Source: Candidatus Poribacteria bacterium (GTDB lineage: Bacteria > Poribacteria > WGA-4E > WGA-3G). From it: 64,000 nt of DNA. Location: positions 2,432,001-2,496,000 of the forward strand of contig OZ219753.1 of the NCBI GenBank assembly GCA_964291315.2, in the 5' to 3' direction. The notes under the pieces are model-generated. The model worked only from the letters and a program-made list of their open reading frames with translations. It made no database searches and was not told the DNA's origin. Each line of letters starts with the position of its first letter. Position 1 is the first letter of the stretch. A program made the translations under genes and the position numbers. This document shows positions 58,763 to 64,000 of this stretch, piece after piece.

Positions 58763-59752
58763 ATGGACGAGAACAATCTGAAATTGGGAGTCCGCGCTAA
58801 TATGCTCCGTTACGTACGCTTTTTGCTTTTGTTTTGTATTATCGGTGATGCAAACGCACAGGTACTGATTGATTACGTCGTTGCTGTTGTTAATGGAAAA
58901 GCAGTTACGCGCAGCGAACTCGACACTGAGTTGAATATCACTGTTATCCTAGGAACGAATGTTACCAAGGCTCGAACGACCGCCGAAAGACGCGATGCGT
59001 TTGATACTCTCATCAACCGAAAATTGGTTTTACAAGAATCTCAACGACTCGGTATTGTTGTTACCCAGCGTGATACGAGGGTGGCAGAAAAGATCGCAGA
59101 AATTCGCGCGAGATATACTTCGGATGCAGCCTTCGAGAGCGTGCTGCGTCGGCACAGTATAGAGGACGAAGTACTTAAGGGGTGGGTTTATGAGCAGTTG
59201 GTGTACGATGAATGCTTCCGGCGCCTATTTTTCAACGCTCTTAGTAGCTCGGAGATTGCGGCCTTAGCTAGATCATACTATGATGCAAACACGGCAGAAT
59301 TCGTTGTACCGCCTACCGTCACCTTTAATGTGTTGTCTATTCTTATACCCAAGCATGTTTTAGAAGCTGGTAGGTGGAAAGCAAGAGGTTTGGTCCAACA
59401 ACTCTATCTCCGCTTGCAACAGGGCGAAACGTTTGAGGACGTAAGAGAAGTTTATGAAACGCAGTTAATCATTAAACTTGAAGTATTAACACTTGAAGTA
59501 GATACGCCCTTAGGGGCTATTGTGGCTGAGCTGCAAAATTCTGATAGAAGCGAACTGTTTCCTATTTCAAACGGGTATCAGATCGTTGAACGTATTCGGA
59601 GTGATCCAGCGCGTCAGAAAACTTATGCCGAAGTCAGTGAAGAGGTTAGGGACCGGATTCAGCAGGAAAAGGCAGAAACCGAATTTGCAGCGTGGTTAGT
59701 CGAACAAAGAGAAAAGCAGAATTGGCATATTTTGGATCATGCACTCAAGTAG
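58763..59752 (+). CDS. SurA N-terminal domain / PPIase-like chaperone
   Basis: IDYVVAVVNGKAVTRSEL, LINRKLV, LQQGETFE. Confidence 0.75.
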   Translation: MDENNLKLGVRANMLRYVRFLLLFCIIGDANAQVLIDYVVAVVNGKAVTRSELDTELNITVILGTNVTKARTTAERRDAFDTLINRKLVLQESQRLGIVVTQRDTRVAEKIAEIRARYTSDAAFESVLRRHSIEDEVLKGWVYEQLVYDECFRRLFFNALSSSEIAALARSYYDANTAEFVVPPTVTFNVLSILIPKHVLEAGRWKARGLVQQLYLRLQQGETFEDVREVYETQLIIKLEVLTLEVDTPLGAIVAELQNSDRSELFPISNGYQIVERIRSDPARQKTYAEVSEEVRDRIQQEKAETEFAAWLVEQREKQNWHILDHALK

Positions 59753-59807
59753 AAAACGGGCGCGGATCACCCCACGCCGACAATAAAAGAAGCAAGGAGA
59801 TCTCCTG

Positions 59808-61451
59808 GTGCGAAGGAACGGGTTGCTTTTCATTCCAATACTTCTATTTCTGTTTGTTTCATTGACATCTGCGAATATTTTATCCGAAGATGTAGCAGAC
59901 TATCCTAAAACATTCCAGACGAGATTGAAAGACGCGCAGCAGGCGTTCCGGGCGGAAGAATGGAATCAGGCACTTCAGTTATACCAACATCTCGCCAAAG
60001 AAGCCCCTGAATTCCCGATTGTTTATATCGGAGAGGGTGATGCCGCTGCAAAACTGAAGAACTATTCCACCGCTATTGCTGCCTTCCAGCGGGCCTTGAA
60101 ACTCCTCTTGAACCCCACGAATCCCGAACGTTCATTCGGATCTGATTCCCCACACGGCAACATTGCAAGGGCGCGCTTACAGATCATGGTGCAAGCCAAA
60201 CTCGCGGCTGCATATCATCGCGATAAACAACTCGACGAAGCCGAGCTATGGTTTCAAAAAGCTGTCGAAGGTGCCGGTGAAGATGCCCCGGCGGCTTGGT
60301 ATGTCGCCTTGGGACAGATCGAGACCGAGCGAGGGAACTTAGAGCAGGCACGTAGATACTATATTGTTGCTATCCAACTCCAGCCTAATACAACTGCTGC
60401 CCATAATAACCTTGGACATGTCCTACTCAAGCTTAATAGAATTGACGAGGCCGATGCAGTCTTTAGGGAGGCTCTCGCGCAGGACGAGTCGCTTGCTAGT
60501 GCCGCATTCGGACGTGGTGAAGTGGGTGCAAAACGTGGAAAACTCGCTATTGCTCAACGTTTTTACGAACAGGCCATCCGTCATGCACCGCAAGAACCGA
60601 TATTCCATAAATCACTTACTCGTGTCCTGCGTGCCATCGGAGATGCCCAAGGAGCTGAAGCCTCCGAGGCGCGTTACCGCCGAACCCTTGCCGAGCGATA
60701 CCTCCAACAAGCACACTGGTTTATCCAACAAAAGCAGATGCGGCGCGCCCTAGTCCCACTACAGAAGGCCCTTGAAACTGATGATGGATTTACGCCAGCA
60801 TTGAAGGATTACGCCTATATTCAGATGCAACTCGGCGAATTAACAACTGCTAAGCAGACCTACCAACGTTTACTCGCGCTAGAGCCCACTTCGCGGCAAG
60901 CTCTTTTTCATCTCGGTATGATAGAAACAAAACTGGGTGATATAGCAAGTGCTGTGTCTCACTATCTCACACTCATCCAGCATGAGCCAGATTTCATGGA
61001 CACCTACGTGCAACTTGCAAACTTGCATGAGAATTCAGGGAACCTGGAAGCTGCCAAACAAGTACTGACAACCGGAATACAACATGAACCTACGTGGGCA
61101 CCCGGGTATTTATGGCGCGGCGAAATTTATCAGAAACAAGGCGCGTCCAATATGGCTGAGACCGATTTCCGTCAGTCAATCCAACTTGCACCGGACGCTC
61201 CGTTTCCAAAGGAGGCATTGGCATCCTTGTTTGCATCCGAAAACAGGGATCTTGATGAAGCACTCATCCTTGCCACAGCTGCTGTTAAAAACACCAGACA
61301 CCCGACACACCGAGCCACACTTGCACTCGTTTATCACTATCTTAATCGATCTGTTGATGCCAGCCGTGAAATTGAAACTGCCTTTGCCCAAGACCCTGAT
61401 CACCCCTATATTCTAAAGGTTCGCTCAAAAATTGTAAAACCCGATCCTTAG
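59808..61451 (+). CDS. Exported TPR protein
   Basis: Signal peptide; many TPR units (AHNNLG, ALFHLG); AAGGAG SD. Confidence 0.9.
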   Translation: MRRNGLLFIPILLFLFVSLTSANILSEDVADYPKTFQTRLKDAQQAFRAEEWNQALQLYQHLAKEAPEFPIVYIGEGDAAAKLKNYSTAIAAFQRALKLLLNPTNPERSFGSDSPHGNIARARLQIMVQAKLAAAYHRDKQLDEAELWFQKAVEGAGEDAPAAWYVALGQIETERGNLEQARRYYIVAIQLQPNTTAAHNNLGHVLLKLNRIDEADAVFREALAQDESLASAAFGRGEVGAKRGKLAIAQRFYEQAIRHAPQEPIFHKSLTRVLRAIGDAQGAEASEARYRRTLAERYLQQAHWFIQQKQMRRALVPLQKALETDDGFTPALKDYAYIQMQLGELTTAKQTYQRLLALEPTSRQALFHLGMIETKLGDIASAVSHYLTLIQHEPDFMDTYVQLANLHENSGNLEAAKQVLTTGIQHEPTWAPGYLWRGEIYQKQGASNMAETDFRQSIQLAPDAPFPKEALASLFASENRDLDEALILATAAVKNTRHPTHRATLALVYHYLNRSVDASREIETAFAQDPDHPYILKVRSKIVKPDP

Positions 61452-61487
61452 AATAAATCTGCGAGTCCTAATATTTTTATTTTTTTC

Positions 61488-61516
61488 TTGCAAATTAAAA
61501 CATAATATTGTATAAT
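61488..61516 (+). promoter_or_regulatory. Sigma70-type promoter
   Basis: TTGCAA-N17-TATAAT. Confidence 0.6.
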
Positions 61517-61651
61517 TTTTTCAAATTTGGATGGTATATGGATTTGGAGGGCACGCTCTGATGTGATAGGTTTTATTACTTTAAAATCTTGCTAAGAGAT
61601 TTGTCGCTCTCCTTTAACCTCCTACTTAAAATAGAATAAGGAGCACTAACA

Positions 61652-62833
61652 ATGTTAAAATTTCAGATTCTTTTCATTGTTGTTTTGATTAGTTGTCTTG
61701 CCTTTGTATCCTGCAACAGAACACAGAAAGTTTTGCAGCCGGCCGGCGACGCGATGGACACTATGATGGACGACCATATGATGGACATGATGGCACACAA
61801 ATCATGGGCACATACTATGCTTCCAGCCCCAGGGCCTCAAGAGGACGCTGGGAGCCCGGCAGAGACCGGGGGTGTGCACGGTATGGGCAGTCGCACCGTT
61901 TATATCAACGATGTCGGTGTCATGGCAAACAAGGAAGGGATGATGTATCCCGCTGGCTCCATGATTGTTAAAGAAATCATGGACGATGCCAATGAATTTG
62001 TTGCCAAGGTTGCCATGATGACGAAGACCGATGACGAGATGTATGCCGATCATAATGGTTGGATGTATGTCAAATATGCGCGTATGTCAGCGGATGGTGA
62101 ATACGAAATGGTTGGTGGTGGAAGCATGGAAAAGAGCATGGGCTGCCATGGTTGTCATGCCAAAGCTGATAACGATAGCGTCTTTGTCTCCCTCTCCATG
62201 GACGACCACATGAAAGATGACGACATGATGGACGACCACATGAAAGATGATGACATGATGGACGACCATATGATGGACATGATGGCACACAAATCATGGG
62301 CACATACTATGCTTCCAGCCCCAGGGCCTCAAGAGGACGCTGGGAGCCCGGCAGAGACCGGGGGTGTGCACGGTATGGGCAGTCGCACCGTTTATATCAA
62401 CGATGTCGGTGTCATGGCAAACAAGGAAGGGATGATGTATCCCGCTGGCTCCATGATTGTTAAAGAAATCATGGACGATGCCAATGAATTTGTTGCCAAG
62501 GTTGCCATGATGACGAAGACCGATGACGAGATGTATGCCGATCATAATGGTTGGATGTATGTCAAATATGCGCGTATGTCAGCGGATGGTGAATACGAAA
62601 TGGTTGGTGGTGGAAGCATGGAAAAGAGCATGGGCTGCCATGGTTGTCATGCCAAAGCTGATAACGATAGCGTCTTTGTCTCCCTCTCCATGGACGACCA
62701 CATGAAAGATGACGACATGATGGACGACCACATGAAAGATGATGATATGATGGACGACCACATGAAAGATGATGATATGATGGACGACCACATGGAAGAT
62801 GACGACATGATGGACGATGCCGGTGGGGCATAG
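61652..62833 (+). CDS. Lipoprotein with two identical cytochrome P460-like domains and Met/Asp/His-rich repeats
   Basis: Lipobox-like FVSC; each domain has YPAGSMIVKE, NGWMY and C-terminal CHGCH; AAGGAG SD. Confidence 0.82.
   Translation: MLKFQILFIVVLISCLAFVSCNRTQKVLQPAGDAMDTMMDDHMMDMMAHKSWAHTMLPAPGPQEDAGSPAETGGVHGMGSRTVYINDVGVMANKEGMMYPAGSMIVKEIMDDANEFVAKVAMMTKTDDEMYADHNGWMYVKYARMSADGEYEMVGGGSMEKSMGCHGCHAKADNDSVFVSLSMDDHMKDDDMMDDHMKDDDMMDDHMMDMMAHKSWAHTMLPAPGPQEDAGSPAETGGVHGMGSRTVYINDVGVMANKEGMMYPAGSMIVKEIMDDANEFVAKVAMMTKTDDEMYADHNGWMYVKYARMSADGEYEMVGGGSMEKSMGCHGCHAKADNDSVFVSLSMDDHMKDDDMMDDHMKDDDMMDDHMKDDDMMDDHMEDDDMMDDAGGA
61763..62746. repeat. 492-bp near-perfect tandem duplication
   Basis: 61763-62254 matches 62255-62746; the only difference I saw is the last base. 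Confidence 0.95.
62690..62818. repeat. 30-bp tandem repeats encoding MDDHMKDDDM (4 copies; 2 more at 62198-62257)
   Basis: atggacgaccacatgRaagatgaYgaYatg units. Confidence 0.93.
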
Positions 62834-62856
62834 TAGTTCCATCTTGTAACAGGAAT

Positions 62857-62901
62857 AAAAAAGGATCGGGAACTACAAAATGTGGTTTCCGATCCTTTTT
62901 T
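62857..62901. terminator. Bidirectional intrinsic terminator
   Basis: AAAAAAGGATCGGGAAC..GTTTCCGATCCTTTTTT between convergent genes. Confidence 0.85.
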
Positions 62902-62914
62902 GTCTTTCCAATTC

Positions 62915-64000
62915 TTAGGCGATAAATGATCCACTTCTTGCGGGGAGCGAAACGCTGACGGAATTTGCTGACGCTGTCACGGGATTTCCATTGAGTAGAT
63001 CCTTCACATGTCTTGATAACAAGGCAACCTGTACATTGATCGTTTGTGGACATTTGCTTGTATTCAATGCGATCATTACAGAACTAGATTCTGAAGTTTG
63101 AACATAAGCATAAGTTCCCTTTTGAACATCCAAGTGAACTGCTTCTCGCTTCCCTGAAGTAATCACTGAAAACTGCCTCCGTAATTCTCCCAAACGTTGA
63201 AAATAAGCGAGTAAGGCGCTATCTGCTTCATCTCCCCACAGCATTGGGAGTCTTGCCTCTTCAAAACGTCCAAGTGGATTTCGCTGGGAAACTCCGACCT
63301 CAGTTCCGTTGTAGATTATAGGTGGTGCCGAGAGCGTAAAAAGCACCAATGCCGCCAATCGGACCTTTGCTTTATCTTCCTTTGCTAGGTAAAGGATACG
63401 TGTCATGTCGTGATTATCCAGAAAAGCAGGCATAGAAAAACTTTCTAAGAAATACTCTTCGTGTGCTCCTAAAAAAGCCTCGAATTCTGATAAAGTTGAA
63501 GTCTCAAGCACAAAAGTCCTACGGAGTGCGTCCGCAAGCAGAAAGTCGAGACATCCATCAAAATGCGGGACGTAAGACGTTATAACTTCTGAGTGGCTAA
63601 CCACCTCTCCGAAGAGAAAAACGTTAGGATTCACGGCTTTACACACCTTGCGGAAGTCTGCCCAAAATGTATGCGGCGGCCCCGGGGCATAGTCGAGCCG
63701 ATAACCATCAACGCCTTTGCGTAACCAATGTTCTGCACATGCTAGTAAATAATCGCTTGTCGGTTTGTGCTTTAAATTAAGTTGGGGCATCCCGTTCACA
63801 CCGAAGAAGCTTGTGTATTCATCTGGCCACCGCTGCCATGTGTACCACTCCCGATATTCGCTATCTGGATCGCGCTGTGCTGCCTGAAACGTCGGGTGAT
63901 GGTTTGACCAGTGATTGGCGACAAAATCGAGAATAACGCGCATCCCGCGCTGATGTGCTTTTTCAATAAGCTCTATCAGTTCCGCGTTTGTCCCCAATCT
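62915..64000 (-). CDS. GH13 alpha-amylase family protein (5' end outside the window)
   Basis: DFVANH, DGYRLD, GEV, FLDNHD. Confidence 0.92.
   Translation of the reverse strand, partial: RLGTNAELIELIEKAHQRGMRVILDFVANHWSNHHPTFQAAQRDPDSEYREWYTWQRWPDEYTSFFGVNGMPQLNLKHKPTSDYLLACAEHWLRKGVDGYRLDYAPGPPHTFWADFRKVCKAVNPNVFLFGEVVSHSEVITSYVPHFDGCLDFLLADALRRTFVLETSTLSEFEAFLGAHEEYFLESFSMPAFLDNHDMTRILYLAKEDKAKVRLAALVLFTLSAPPIIYNGTEVGVSQRNPLGRFEEARLPMLWGDEADSALLAYFQRLGELRRQFSVITSGKREAVHLDVQKGTYAYVQTSESSSVMIALNTSKCPQTINVQVALLSRHVKDLLNGNPVTASANSVSVSLPARSGSFIA

Noticed and set aside
62087-62842. His/Val-rich minus-strand ORFs (HHVVIFHVVV)
   Set aside because: Reverse-complement reading of the MDDHMKDDDM repeats.

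Overview
Gene-dense bacterial chromosome segment. The gene repertoire (three PhyH-family dioxygenases, LamG and lamin-tail proteins ending in a K-L-x-x-x-W-x-x-L-K tail, TPR + CRTAC1 pair, dockerin, Uma2) suggests Candidatus Poribacteria; this is an inference, since no marker gene is present. Housekeeping genes: hisI-trpE-trpG, pckG, sodA, dacB, cimA, mazG, nfi, alaC, tatA, trxB, xylB, moaC, MoxR, SurA. Main observations: (1) a cobalamin riboswitch heading a three-gene operon (beta-propeller-dockerin, lipoprotein fused to an ECF S-component-like membrane domain, second beta-propeller) that looks like a non-canonical B12 capture system; (2) an unannotated 33-aa leader peptide containing F-N-H-W-Y-W-R plus a terminator ahead of hisI-trpE-trpG; (3) an Eco57I-like methyltransferase split at a G9 tract (candidate phase variation, OFF state), with two similar poly-G tracts elsewhere; (4) a Fic gene bracketed by 62-bp palindrome-rich direct repeats; (5) a sigma-54 promoter ahead of an unannotated 50-aa membrane peptide; (6) a Met-rich lipoprotein with a near-exact 492-bp duplication of a cytochrome P460-like domain; (7) a shared C-terminal putative sorting motif. 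No rRNA, tRNA, CRISPR array or transposase was recognised. All family calls come from motifs read by eye, not from database searches.
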